In this document: in pieces, positions 48,884-58,708 of the stretch
Layout: every line of letters begins with the position of its first letter
How positions within the stretch are numbered: the stretch's first letter is position 1
Origin: Candidatus Latescibacterota bacterium
GTDB lineage: Bacteria > Latescibacterota > UBA2968
DNA length: 64,000 nucleotides
NCBI GenBank assembly: GCA_965222605.1
Contig: OZ244960.1
Coordinates: 4,896,001-4,960,000, forward strand
Direction: 5' to 3'
Notes under the pieces: generated by a model
Seen by the model: only the letters and a program-made list of their open reading frames with translations
What the model was told of the DNA's origin: nothing
The model's database searches: none
Translations under genes and position numbers: made by a program

Positions 48884-51800
48884 ATGGCTCGGTGGTGTTT
48901 TTTTACGCGAAGCGCAATATTCGTCCTCATTTTGGGGGTTTCAACTTCTGCTTTCGGGCAGGAATATTTTGGCAAAAACAAGGTCAATTACAGCCAATAT
49001 GGGTGGCATTATATCGATAGTGAACACTTCACGATTTATTTTGATAAGGGTTCGCTGGGCCTGGCAGAGTTTGTTGCCAAAGAAGCCGAAAGGTCTTTGG
49101 TACACATTGAGAAAACCCTGAAATATACGCTGAAGGATCGCTATCCTATTGTTATTTACAATTCTCACAATGGGTTTTCGGTGTCCAATATTTCCAGCAT
49201 GGAACAGTCTGAGTTTACGGGTGGGTTTACCGAGTTTGCACAGGGGCGCGTGGTGATTCCATTTACGGGGTCTTATGGCGATTTGCAACATGTTATTCAC
49301 CATGAACTGGTTCACGCGGTTACAATTGAGTTGTGGACCGGTGGTGGCTGGTTGGGGTCTCTGGTTTCGCAAACATCGACATTGCCTCCCTTGTGGATTG
49401 CCGAGGGTATCGCCGAGTACGTGTCTCGATATGGCTGGCACAAAGAGCACGATAATTTTATGCGCGATGCAACCATTACCGGATATGTGCCGACTATCGA
49501 AATGATGTCCCTGAGTTATTTTGCCTATCCCGGGGGCAATTCGGTTTTTTATATGATTGAACAGGAATACGGGAAGGATAAGGTGGCGTCCTTTATCTCT
49601 TCTTTCCGCACGGCCAAAAATCCCGATAAAGCACTCAAAGCATCTCTGGGATTTGGGATGAAGGAATTGGAAGAAAAATATCAATTGTGGCTCAAGCGGC
49701 AATACTGGAATGAGATTAATTTGCGCCATACGCCCAAAGAGATGGCAACAAATTTGACGGAGCGTGAAGATAGGCGTTCGTCGTATAATTTAGCTGCTGC
49801 GTTGTCCCCACAAGGCGACAAGGTCGCGTATTTGACCGACCGAAATGGGACGTTTGATATTTATTTGATGTCGGCGATTGACGGCAAAGACCTGGGGCGT
49901 TTGGTCGAGGGACAAAAGTCGTCTGATTTTGAGTCGATGTTTGTTTTGCGGCCCGGATTTACCTGGTCCCCGGATGGCCGGCATATTGCATTCGCCGCCA
50001 AATCAAATAATAAGAATACCCTGTATATCCTCGATGTTAAAAAGAAGCAGATTCGCAAGCGATTTAAGTTTGACCTTGACGGGCTGTTCGAACCCACCTG
50101 GTCGCCCGATGGGAAAAAAATTGCCATCGCGGGTATTAAAGATGGCTGGTCCGATATCTATGTGGTCGATTTGAACGACGAGTCGCTTACGCGGCTTACA
50201 AGTGATCCCTATGACGAACGGCATCTGGATTGGTCGCCCGATGGTACGTGGATCGCCGTGAGTTCTGATCGTCCCGATATCCATTTGAAGTTCAGCGGCG
50301 GGAAGGATTTTGCTTTTGGTCAGTACGATATTTTCCTTGTGCGTGCAGATGGTTCTGAGATGCGCCGCATAGTCGCGTCTGAAGACGCAGAAGATTCGCA
50401 TCCCGTGTGGGGGGGCGATAGCAAACACGTCGCCTTTGTTTCCGACCGCACGGGTGTAGGCAATATCTATATTGCAAATGTTGATAGTACGCAGGAGATA
50501 TATCCCATTACTAATTTGCTATCGGGGGCGCAATATCTCGATTGGTCAGCCGATGGCAAAAAGATCGTGTTCAATGCGTTTCACAAGGGTGCCCTGGATA
50601 TATTTGTGATGCGCGACCCACTCGCACAGCGAAAAGAAATGGCGGATTTGCCGCGTACCCGGTTTGTCAAGCGCCTTGCCGGCGAAGATGAAAAGATGTT
50701 TGTCGAGTTGCAAAAGGAAAAATATGAGAGCCGCAAGATAGCCAAAGTAGAAGCCGACAGCACCGCGGTCGATTCGACAGCAGAAAAAACAGAGAAGAAA
50801 GTGGCGCTGTGGATTTCCGATCAGGAAGCACTTGCAGCAGCAGAGAGTGCGCCAGCCGATAGCACGGCTAAGATCGACACCACACATCCGGTCGCAGGCA
50901 GTCCAGAAATGGCCGATACAGGTAAACAAGGGGTGAAAAACTGGGGTGAAAAGGAATTTCTGGTTAAGAAGTACAAGCTAAAATTCAAGCCCGAACTGTT
51001 TGGTGCCCAGGCGGGATTTGATACGTTCTATGGTGTGAGCAGCTCTATCGTATTGTCTATGAGTGATGTGATGGGCGATCACCGCGCCACATTGGTGACG
51101 AGTCTGAATTTTTCGCTTAAAGACAGCGATTTTCTGCTCGCTTATGCTTATTTGAAGAATCGCACAAATTACGGTGCGCAACTTTTCCACACGCGGTTCT
51201 TCTTTTTTGATAATACAGGTCGTTTGACTGCGGATCGATATTACGGGCTTGCCGGGATGCTCGAGCGACCGTTTAATCGGTTTGCCCGTTTAGAGCTCAG
51301 TACGCGTTTTGTATCTGTTGATCGCGAGGAGTTGTTTACCGATATCAACAATAATTATTTGTACCAGCCGGGCTTTCGCGGCGTTGGGCGGTTTACGGGC
51401 GAATTGATCAGCCGCCGTCGGGCGGCTATCGGCGAGGTGGCTCTGGTGGGCGATAGCGCGCTGTACAGTTTGTTTGGCGCGGTAGATGGGCATCGCTATC
51501 GGTTGAATTTTGAAGGCTCTGGCGTGGGCATGAAATTTGCTACATTTACACTGGATTATCGCAAATATATGCGGTTGTTAAACGAATATACCTTTGCCAT
51601 CCGGATGTCGGGCGGGACGAGTTACGGCCACAACAGCACTATGTTTTTTCTGGGCGGTGTGAACAATCCAGTCAATCCGACATTTTCAACCATTGCCAGT
51701 GTTGATCAGAGTCGCGTGTTTTTCTCCTCTTATGTCTGGCCCCTGCGCGGCGCGAGATTGCTCGAAATGGCGGGTGATTCTTATGTGCTGGCCAATGTCG

Positions 51801-52150
51801 CATTTCGGTTTCCGCTCATCCGACAATTGGCCATGGGCTGGCCCCTGCCGTTTTTCTTCCAGAATGTACAGGGTGAATTGTTCTTCGACATCGGGGGAGC
51901 GTTTGACCGCGCCAATTGGAGAGATGGGTGGGTCTCCCGAGATGGGGGGTTTGAGCTCAATACGCCGCAAAACTATAATACGGCGGAAATCAGGAAAACA
52001 AAACCGCAGATAGCCGCTGGGTATGGGTTTGGCGTGCGGGTAAATTTGGGCTATTTCCTGTTCCGATACGATCTGGCGTGGCCCACGGATCTCGCCGAAA
52101 CATACCATCCACACCAGTATTTCTCAATTGATTTCACGGGCTTGTTCTAA
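48884..52150 (+). CDS. Peptidase-MA-like domain + PD40 beta-propeller + Omp85/BamA-like barrel protein
   Basis: FGKNKV, HELVH...EGIAEY, repeated WSPDG, LRG motif, GYGFGVR, C-terminal Phe. Confidence 0.8.
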   Translation: MARWCFFTRSAIFVLILGVSTSAFGQEYFGKNKVNYSQYGWHYIDSEHFTIYFDKGSLGLAEFVAKEAERSLVHIEKTLKYTLKDRYPIVIYNSHNGFSVSNISSMEQSEFTGGFTEFAQGRVVIPFTGSYGDLQHVIHHELVHAVTIELWTGGGWLGSLVSQTSTLPPLWIAEGIAEYVSRYGWHKEHDNFMRDATITGYVPTIEMMSLSYFAYPGGNSVFYMIEQEYGKDKVASFISSFRTAKNPDKALKASLGFGMKELEEKYQLWLKRQYWNEINLRHTPKEMATNLTEREDRRSSYNLAAALSPQGDKVAYLTDRNGTFDIYLMSAIDGKDLGRLVEGQKSSDFESMFVLRPGFTWSPDGRHIAFAAKSNNKNTLYILDVKKKQIRKRFKFDLDGLFEPTWSPDGKKIAIAGIKDGWSDIYVVDLNDESLTRLTSDPYDERHLDWSPDGTWIAVSSDRPDIHLKFSGGKDFAFGQYDIFLVRADGSEMRRIVASEDAEDSHPVWGGDSKHVAFVSDRTGVGNIYIANVDSTQEIYPITNLLSGAQYLDWSADGKKIVFNAFHKGALDIFVMRDPLAQRKEMADLPRTRFVKRLAGEDEKMFVELQKEKYESRKIAKVEADSTAVDSTAEKTEKKVALWISDQEALAAAESAPADSTAKIDTTHPVAGSPEMADTGKQGVKNWGEKEFLVKKYKLKFKPELFGAQAGFDTFYGVSSSIVLSMSDVMGDHRATLVTSLNFSLKDSDFLLAYAYLKNRTNYGAQLFHTRFFFFDNTGRLTADRYYGLAGMLERPFNRFARLELSTRFVSVDREELFTDINNNYLYQPGFRGVGRFTGELISRRRAAIGEVALVGDSALYSLFGAVDGHRYRLNFEGSGVGMKFATFTLDYRKYMRLLNEYTFAIRMSGGTSYGHNSTMFFLGGVNNPVNPTFSTIASVDQSRVFFSSYVWPLRGARLLEMAGDSYVLANVAFRFPLIRQLAMGWPLPFFFQNVQGELFFDIGGAFDRANWRDGWVSRDGGFELNTPQNYNTAEIRKTKPQIAAGYGFGVRVNLGYFLFRYDLAWPTDLAETYHPHQYFSIDFTGLF

Positions 52151-52177
52151 CCTGCAAAATCAACCGCTGCATTTTAG

Positions 52178-52206
52178 GGAGAGGCGTTTTGCGTCTCTCC
52201 TTTTTT
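52178..52206 (+). terminator. Rho-independent terminator
   Basis: GGAGAGGCG...CGTCTCTCC followed by a T run. Confidence 0.65.
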
Positions 52207-52292
52207 CTCAGGTTGATGGATGGTGGTTTTTTGTGTATTATTGAGGTGCTCAAAACGCGAGTTGAGTGGGATTTTTTGATGAGGGATTTGTT

Positions 52293-52607
52293 ATGGCAGC
52301 AAAAGAATATTACATGGCGGGATTGGGTAAGTTGGGAACTGGAGATCTGGAAGGCGCGACTGTCGAATTTGAAAAGGCTGTATCTGACGATGCTTCATTT
52401 TACATGGCGCATCTGGGATGGGCGCAGGCACTGGATCGGCAGGGAAAGATTGACGAGGCGATTGAACAGGTCAATCGCGCTTTGAAAATTGTTCCCGATG
52501 AGGCACTGGCGCATACGAGTCTGTCGCGATTGTATCAGCAGAAAGGGATGATTGAAGAGGCCGAAAAGGAAATGGCTATTTCTCAAAAACTCTCTCAAAA
52601 TATTTAA
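52293..52607 (+). CDS. Small TPR protein
   Basis: Three TPR-like helical pairs. Confidence 0.85.
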   Translation: MAAKEYYMAGLGKLGTGDLEGATVEFEKAVSDDASFYMAHLGWAQALDRQGKIDEAIEQVNRALKIVPDEALAHTSLSRLYQQKGMIEEAEKEMAISQKLSQNI

Positions 52608-52610
52608 AAA

Positions 52611-54647
52611 ATGGTGCATGTACTGGAAATGAGGACGTCCTGTTTGGGCGTCCTTTCTGTTTTTATGTTGATGGCGTGTGTGACGGCAAATGCAAATTCG
52701 GTTGATTCGTTGCTCGCACGCGCACAAAGTGATACGTTGAAACCGCTTGATTACCGCATTGGTTTGCTTCGAAAAGCACTCAGTGTGGATGGCGACCGCG
52801 CAGATGTCTGTGCGGCATTGGGGGCGTTGTTTATGCAAAAGAACACGCCTGCGAGCAGGTTGCGTGCAGACCGCTATATTTATCGCGCGATTGTATTGGA
52901 TCCTGAGAATATAGATTATCATCTGTCTTACGCGACTCTGCAGCGCAAGAAGGGTTTTCGGTACAATGCCAGGCGATATTTCGAAAAGGTGCTCAGTATA
53001 GATTCAACACAGGTTGATGCAGCCTGTGAAGTGGGCGATTATTATTTGCAGGATATGTTGAAATACGTCGATGCGCGACGTTTTGACGGAGGTGGGAGTA
53101 TGCGATCTTTTGCAATGGAGAGCGTGCAAAGGGCCGCGGATTACTACCACTACGCGCTTGCACATGATCCCTATTGCAGGCGTGCGTATTACGGGTTGGG
53201 TATGCTGAGTATAGAGGGTGGGTATAAAGAGGATTTGATTGTTATTGCACAGGCACTTTTAGACCGACGGCCGCAGGATCGGGACGGACTTTTGTTTTTG
53301 GGATTGGGATATTATGCGACCGAAAAGTTTGAGGCGGCGGGCAAAGCATTTGATCGCGCGTACGCACAGATGGATTCGATTGGGCAGGCTGCAATGACTT
53401 CAATAAAATTGTTGGGTGGCGAGGATGAGACGCACGCGCTTTTTTGGCGAAAGCGCGATCCTTTGTTTCTCACGCCTGTGAACGAAAGAAAGCTGGCACA
53501 TCGCGGGCGGGTTGCTTATGCAAATTTGAGATTTGGTCTGCCCGATGAGGGGATTGCGGGTTGGGAAACGGATATGGGCAAGGTCTGGATTCGCTATGGT
53601 CGCTATGTCAATCGCGTGAGAACGCTTATTCCGCATCGAGAGATCTGGACATACGAAGATTTTTCAATGGACTTTTTTTCTTACGATTCCGTGCATTGGA
53701 AATTGGAATCGATGAAGGATGAGCGATGGGCACTTGTTCCGGGCGGATGGGGCAGAAGTCAGATTCTGTCTTCCAATTTCTATTTGCCCGAGCGCTATGT
53801 CGATCCATATCGAGATCAGAAATACAGATTGCCCGTGCAGGTGGGATTTTTTAAGGCGAGCGAAGGACAAGTCAAAGTGGCACTATCGTGGGGCATCCCC
53901 AAGCGTCAGTTGCAGTATCTCAAGCTCTATGGGACATATCAGGTCGATTTAGATGCAGGTATTTTTGTACACAGGAGTAACGGGCAAGAGGTAACGAATG
54001 TCAGGTGGGAACCAGAGGCATTTCGGGATGTTTGGACCGATTCATTAAAGGAGCGGTATTTGTTGGGACAACGCGATTTGGTTTTGGCACCGGATCAAAT
54101 TGCTTCGCAGTTGGACGCCGATTCACTTGCGCTGTCTTTAGAAATCAGAGATATGGGAAAGAAAACAGTGGGCGTGTTCCGCGATACCGTTTTTGTGCAG
54201 ACATTTCCCGATGATGTAATTTCTATGAGTTCTGTATTGTTGGCTTCACATGTGGGGGATGGCAAAGAGGGAATTGAGGTGATACCCAATCCATTGAGAA
54301 CTTTTGATGCGGACGAGTTGTTGTATATCTATTTTGAGATCTACAATTTAGTACGCGATGAGTTTGGTCAGACCGACTTTTCTGTGACGTACAGAGTAGG
54401 ACCGCCAGATTTGCGGCGTTTTTCTGATAAACGAGACCGAAAGGCGGTTGCGCAATTGGGTATAAGTGATGACATGTGGCGTATTTCTGTTAGTACGGAT
54501 TATCGAGGTGGGGATATGCTGGAGCCGATTTATTTGTCCGTTGACTTAAGTGAACTGGGGCCTGGCGTGCATCTGCTATCCGTAGTTGTCACTGACCGCG
54601 AAACCGGGTTACAAACCTGGCGAGAAACCCTGTTTCGCATTTTGTGA
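52611..54647 (+). CDS. TPR + GWxTD domain protein
   Basis: Signal peptide, TPRs, FWRKRDP..TPVNE, GWETDMGKVWIRYG. Confidence 0.85.
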   Translation: MVHVLEMRTSCLGVLSVFMLMACVTANANSVDSLLARAQSDTLKPLDYRIGLLRKALSVDGDRADVCAALGALFMQKNTPASRLRADRYIYRAIVLDPENIDYHLSYATLQRKKGFRYNARRYFEKVLSIDSTQVDAACEVGDYYLQDMLKYVDARRFDGGGSMRSFAMESVQRAADYYHYALAHDPYCRRAYYGLGMLSIEGGYKEDLIVIAQALLDRRPQDRDGLLFLGLGYYATEKFEAAGKAFDRAYAQMDSIGQAAMTSIKLLGGEDETHALFWRKRDPLFLTPVNERKLAHRGRVAYANLRFGLPDEGIAGWETDMGKVWIRYGRYVNRVRTLIPHREIWTYEDFSMDFFSYDSVHWKLESMKDERWALVPGGWGRSQILSSNFYLPERYVDPYRDQKYRLPVQVGFFKASEGQVKVALSWGIPKRQLQYLKLYGTYQVDLDAGIFVHRSNGQEVTNVRWEPEAFRDVWTDSLKERYLLGQRDLVLAPDQIASQLDADSLALSLEIRDMGKKTVGVFRDTVFVQTFPDDVISMSSVLLASHVGDGKEGIEVIPNPLRTFDADELLYIYFEIYNLVRDEFGQTDFSVTYRVGPPDLRRFSDKRDRKAVAQLGISDDMWRISVSTDYRGGDMLEPIYLSVDLSELGPGVHLLSVVVTDRETGLQTWRETLFRIL

Positions 54648-54660
54648 CGCCATCAGGGAC

Positions 54661-55653
54661 CTATTTTTTCGCTTTTTTGTGCCAGAGGAGGCTAACAAGT
54701 GGAGGGCCGCCAAATAAAAGAAAGCCAAAGATTGCGACTGCGTGTACAGACGTGGCAAATGCCAATGCGATTTCTGTTGGCACATGATAGAAATGGTGGA
54801 GGGTTTGAGCGCAAAAGAAATGATAGGCGCCTATGCCGCCCGGGGCGGGAAGGACAAATCCGATCGTGGCGAAAGTCATAACAACCATAGCTTCAAATAA
54901 GCCGAGGTTGTAATTATGTGATAGATCAAAACTGTAGAAGGGCAAGTACATGGCGAACAAATAAAGACTATTGAGAACCAGGGTCGATACCAAAATCCCC
55001 GCGTAGCCCTCCACAGTGTGAATGGCTCTCATGCCCTGTAAAAAAGAACGCAAAATATGGGTTGCACCATCGGCCAGCCTGGGAGAGAGGCGCGCCAGCA
55101 GACGGTGGAAAATGGACAGGCCGCGTTCTCCGCGGGCAGAGAGCAATCCCAAAAATACGAAAGCAAACAGAATGACGGGCAATGTCAGCAAGGCGACTTG
55201 TTCAAGTCCGGGAAATGCCGCGCCTATCTGCTCTCTGGCAAAAAACAAAACCACGCCAAATATGACCAACAGGGTGAGTAAATCGAGCAAGCGTTCTACA
55301 ATCACTGTCGCCAGGATTGCACTGATTCCGATGGGGTGATTTCTTTCGAGGGCGAGGGCACGCGCAACTTCGCCTGCGCGTGGGAATACAACATTGCCCG
55401 CATAGGCGACCATGACAGCCCAAAATGCCGAGCGAATGGAAATGTTTGAGGCAACGGGCAATAGCAAAATGCGCCAGCGCCATGCTCGGGGTAAGCCCGA
55501 AATGATTATCGTGATGGCCGATAAGAGCAACCACAGGGGGTTGGCTGTTTGCAGGGCCTCTTTGAGGAGCATCCCATCGACATTTCTAAATGCTGCCCAG
55601 AGAAAGCCCCCCATTAGCACGAGACTGGCTGCGAGTTTGAGAAAGGTTTTCAT
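54661..55653 (-). CDS. Lysylphosphatidylglycerol-synthase TM / flippase-like protein
   Basis: RAWRW, PRAGEVAR, ERLLD, PAPGGIG. Confidence 0.85.
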   Translation of the reverse strand: MKTFLKLAASLVLMGGFLWAAFRNVDGMLLKEALQTANPLWLLLSAITIIISGLPRAWRWRILLLPVASNISIRSAFWAVMVAYAGNVVFPRAGEVARALALERNHPIGISAILATVIVERLLDLLTLLVIFGVVLFFAREQIGAAFPGLEQVALLTLPVILFAFVFLGLLSARGERGLSIFHRLLARLSPRLADGATHILRSFLQGMRAIHTVEGYAGILVSTLVLNSLYLFAMYLPFYSFDLSHNYNLGLFEAMVVMTFATIGFVLPAPGGIGAYHFFCAQTLHHFYHVPTEIALAFATSVHAVAIFGFLLFGGPPLVSLLWHKKAKK

Positions 55654-56537
55654 GACAGGCCATATCCCAGGCTGCGAAGAGCGGTATCTTTTTTTCGCCA
55701 GTTCTCATAGACTTTAACGTGCAAGTCGAGGTAAATTGGGCGTTCCAAAAAGGCTTCGATTTTTTTACGTGCCTGATGTCCAATGGTTTTGAGGGTTTTG
55801 CCCCCCCGTCCGATAACAATGCCTTTTTGAGAATTGCGTTCGACAATGATATTGGCCTGAATATAGACTTTGGGGCGGTTTTCTTCAAAAGCCTCAATGT
55901 CGATTGCCGTTGCATAAGGCAATTCTTGACGCAGGTGGTGGAACACTTCCTCGCGAATGAGTTCTGCAACAAAAAATCTTTCGGGCTGTTCGGTGAGCAT
56001 ATCCTCCGGGTAGTATTGCGGACCTTCTGGCAGTGCATGGCGCAAGGCTGTGTGAAGGTCTGGTATGCCCTGTCCGCTGATGGCCGCTACAGATAAGACG
56101 GTCCGCGTAGAGAGTGAGGCACGAATCTGTTGTTCACAGTGTTGGGCTTGTGCACGCGAGATGAGGTCGGTCTTGTTTACGGCGATGATTTTGGGAATAT
56201 CCCATTGTCTAAAGATCTGTCGTACTTCGGTGTCATAAGATGTGTCAAATTTTGAGCCATCGACAATGCCCAAAAGCACATCGGCACTTTGATACGCACG
56301 CCCAATTTGTCGGTTCATAAATTCGTGAAGGCGATAGCGCGCAGACAAGATACCAGGGGTGTCGAGAAATATCATTTGAGTCTGTTTATCTGTCACAATC
56401 CCCAGGATATTATTGCGGGTTGTTTGAGGTTTGGGCGAAATAATGGATAAACGCTCCCCCACGAGTGCATTAAAAAGCGTGGATTTGCCGACATTGGTGC
56501 GTCCCGCGATTATGACATATCCAGATTTGAAAGCCAT
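55650..56537 (-). CDS. era: GTPase Era
   Basis: GRTNVGKST, PQTTR, DTPG, NKTD, KH domain VIGRGG. Confidence 0.95.
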   Translation of the reverse strand: MAFKSGYVIIAGRTNVGKSTLFNALVGERLSIISPKPQTTRNNILGIVTDKQTQMIFLDTPGILSARYRLHEFMNRQIGRAYQSADVLLGIVDGSKFDTSYDTEVRQIFRQWDIPKIIAVNKTDLISRAQAQHCEQQIRASLSTRTVLSVAAISGQGIPDLHTALRHALPEGPQYYPEDMLTEQPERFFVAELIREEVFHHLRQELPYATAIDIEAFEENRPKVYIQANIIVERNSQKGIVIGRGGKTLKTIGHQARKKIEAFLERPIYLDLHVKVYENWRKKDTALRSLGYGLS

Positions 56538-56547
56538 CACTGTCCAA

Positions 56548-57531
56548 TCAAAAAAATAAAATAGCCGAAATGCGGTACGTGTTGTCGAGTTGGTCGTGTT
56601 CCATGAAGGCGAGATCTACGCCAAACCGATGAAGTTGCAGGCCAGTGCCCGCTGTAAAGTGCCCGTCCTTGTATCCGAGGCGAAATGCAAGGCGATGTTG
56701 CAGGCGGTATTCTATACCCAGTTGTATGCTGCGTGTTTTTTCCAGTGTCGTTTTTTTGTCATTCAGGTGCGTGCTAAAACCGGCTGTCATATCGCCACCG
56801 GGCACCCTGCGTTGGAGGGCAGAGCCAATGAGAAGTGATGGCGAGATGCGATCTGAAATACCGTCGGGAAATGCAATGCGCGTCTTTGTGAGATCGCGTA
56901 TTGTCGCGCCAATGCGAAACGTCGATGTGGGCAGATAGAGCAGACCGATGTCCAGACCAAAGCCGCTTCCGATGCCCACGCTGAGATCGCGTCTGATCAT
57001 TTTTATACCTGCCCCAAGACGCAATTTATCTGTGATATGCCGCCCATAAGCGATTCGAAAGACGTAATCTGCCGTGCCGATTCTATCGATTATTACGGGT
57101 CGATTGTCTGGACCAATTGGACGATCTGGATCTTCCAGACCCGTCAGGGCAATCCCATCAACGCCAGCGCGAACAATGCCCAGACCAATGCCGCCTTTTC
57201 TCAGGGGCAAACGCAATGCAAAAATATCTTGATTTACACTGCCGCCAAATTGCTCCGCATGTTGTAAGTGAATTTCACGTTTTGGCAGCGATGAACGGCT
57301 GTTGAAGTCTGTCCTGGAGCGTGTTGGAGACACCTCAGGGGTAAGCCCTGCGGGATTCCAATAGATCGCCGTTGCATCAAAACTGAGCGCGACATAAGCA
57401 CTGCCCATGCCCAGGGCGCGGGCACCGGCACCCAATAAGAGTGGATCGCCTGTATAATGGGATGTCTGTGCATGAATTGGGCTTGTAAGCGCGCACGTGC
57501 AATATAATGCCAGGGTCGCAAAGCGTTTCAA
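56548..57531 (-). CDS. PorV/PorQ (UPF0164)-like outer membrane barrel
   Basis: GARALGMGSAYVA...AIYWNPAGL; C-terminal Phe. Confidence 0.75.
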   Translation of the reverse strand: MKRFATLALYCTCALTSPIHAQTSHYTGDPLLLGAGARALGMGSAYVALSFDATAIYWNPAGLTPEVSPTRSRTDFNSRSSLPKREIHLQHAEQFGGSVNQDIFALRLPLRKGGIGLGIVRAGVDGIALTGLEDPDRPIGPDNRPVIIDRIGTADYVFRIAYGRHITDKLRLGAGIKMIRRDLSVGIGSGFGLDIGLLYLPTSTFRIGATIRDLTKTRIAFPDGISDRISPSLLIGSALQRRVPGGDMTAGFSTHLNDKKTTLEKTRSIQLGIEYRLQHRLAFRLGYKDGHFTAGTGLQLHRFGVDLAFMEHDQLDNTYRISAILFF

Positions 57532-58124
57532 TGATTGGCCTCTGCATGGGGGATGAAGATGGCGATATTGCCGGGACGCAATGCCGATCCCAGGGCTTTG
57601 ATATCGAGGGGAGATAAAGTGATGTGCGGCGTGGTACCTGTTGAAATTCCGTCTGCTCGAATGACGAGGTTTGGCGCAAAATAGAGACGGGAATGGTGGC
57701 GAGGCCCTTCTATCAGTCGTCCGGAAAAGTCGAGGGGAAAAAGCCGCCCGCGAAGTCGCAGATTTGCATTGCCGGGTTCAACAGAGATGGGATCAATTCT
57801 GTTTACAAAGCTGTAGTTCTGTGTGTGGCGTTCTTCTATGGGCGACATGTTGAGAATGGGGCACATTCTCAACATATTGCCCTGTGATTTGAGGTGAATT
57901 TGCTTTGATGGGAGGTCGATGATAAGGTAGAAATCGTCTGGTGATGTTTTGACTTGATCGAGTTCGCGAACGAGGGCTTCGCGGTAGTTTTGGAGAACGA
58001 TTCTGTTTTGACCAAATACAGGGGTTCCCACAAAAAGCAAACAAATTAGTAGATATAGACCCGGTCGCCAACTTGAAGTGAGCGATACACAAAGGCCAGG
58101 TCTTCGTCGTTGAGGCGAATACAT
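57528..58124 (-). CDS. L,D-transpeptidase-like protein lacking the catalytic His/Cys
   Basis: YLIIDL..QIHL and HITLSPLDIKAL..ALRPG mirror the neighbouring YkuD protein; start uncertain. Confidence 0.55.
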   Translation of the reverse strand: MYSPQRRRPGLCVSLTSSWRPGLYLLICLLFVGTPVFGQNRIVLQNYREALVRELDQVKTSPDDFYLIIDLPSKQIHLKSQGNMLRMCPILNMSPIEERHTQNYSFVNRIDPISVEPGNANLRLRGRLFPLDFSGRLIEGPRHHSRLYFAPNLVIRADGISTGTTPHITLSPLDIKALGSALRPGNIAIFIPHAEANH

Positions 58125-58630
58125 CCGTGCGTGATATGCCGTCCGAGCAATGTGGGATAAAGGGTGCCGTGAATTTCGTACCCATCGCCTAATTTAAGAG
58201 CGAAGGCACCTAAGGTTGTCCGGTCGAGACGCCGAAACTCCCAGGGCAAGACAGTGGGTTTTTCTCCATTTTCGACAAAGGCCCACAGAGGTTTGGCCCA
58301 GATGGGGTCTGTCACTTTGTGCAAAATAGCTCTGGTCCCCAATGGGGTGTGAAATTGCCAGCGTGCCGAAGCACCCGGATGGAGCAGTACTTTGCCGCTG
58401 CCTGTCGCACACGTCGCTTCTCGTATCATCTGGTTGTTGTGCCAAACTTGAAGGCGGTTGTGAACAGTATCAATAACGATGTAGGTTTCTGCAGCGTGCC
58501 GTTTCAATGCTTCCCGGAGCGATGCGATGTCAGTTTTGAGTTGTTCGCTCTCCGTTTCTCGTGCGGATAGATGCAGGCAAAAACTGAAGACCAAATAGAG
58601 AGCGAGCAATATGGTGTGAAAGCTGTGCAT
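58046..58630 (-). CDS. L,D-transpeptidase (YkuD family)
   Basis: ATG, TP.G, IHGT...THGCIRL. Confidence 0.9.
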   Translation of the reverse strand: MHSFHTILLALYLVFSFCLHLSARETESEQLKTDIASLREALKRHAAETYIVIDTVHNRLQVWHNNQMIREATCATGSGKVLLHPGASARWQFHTPLGTRAILHKVTDPIWAKPLWAFVENGEKPTVLPWEFRRLDRTTLGAFALKLGDGYEIHGTLYPTLLGRHITHGCIRLNDEDLAFVYRSLQVGDRVYIY

Positions 58631-58646
58631 ATGACTCAGAAATTGT

Positions 58647-58679
58647 AAAACCGAGGTGCTTTTTGCGCGCCTCGGTTTT
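58647..58679 (-). terminator. Hairpin terminator between the lipoprotein and LDT genes
   Basis: AAAACCGAGG...CCTCGGTTTT. Confidence 0.7.
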
Positions 58680-58708
58680 GTCTTTTTAAGAAGATATTTG
58701 GATGGGTG

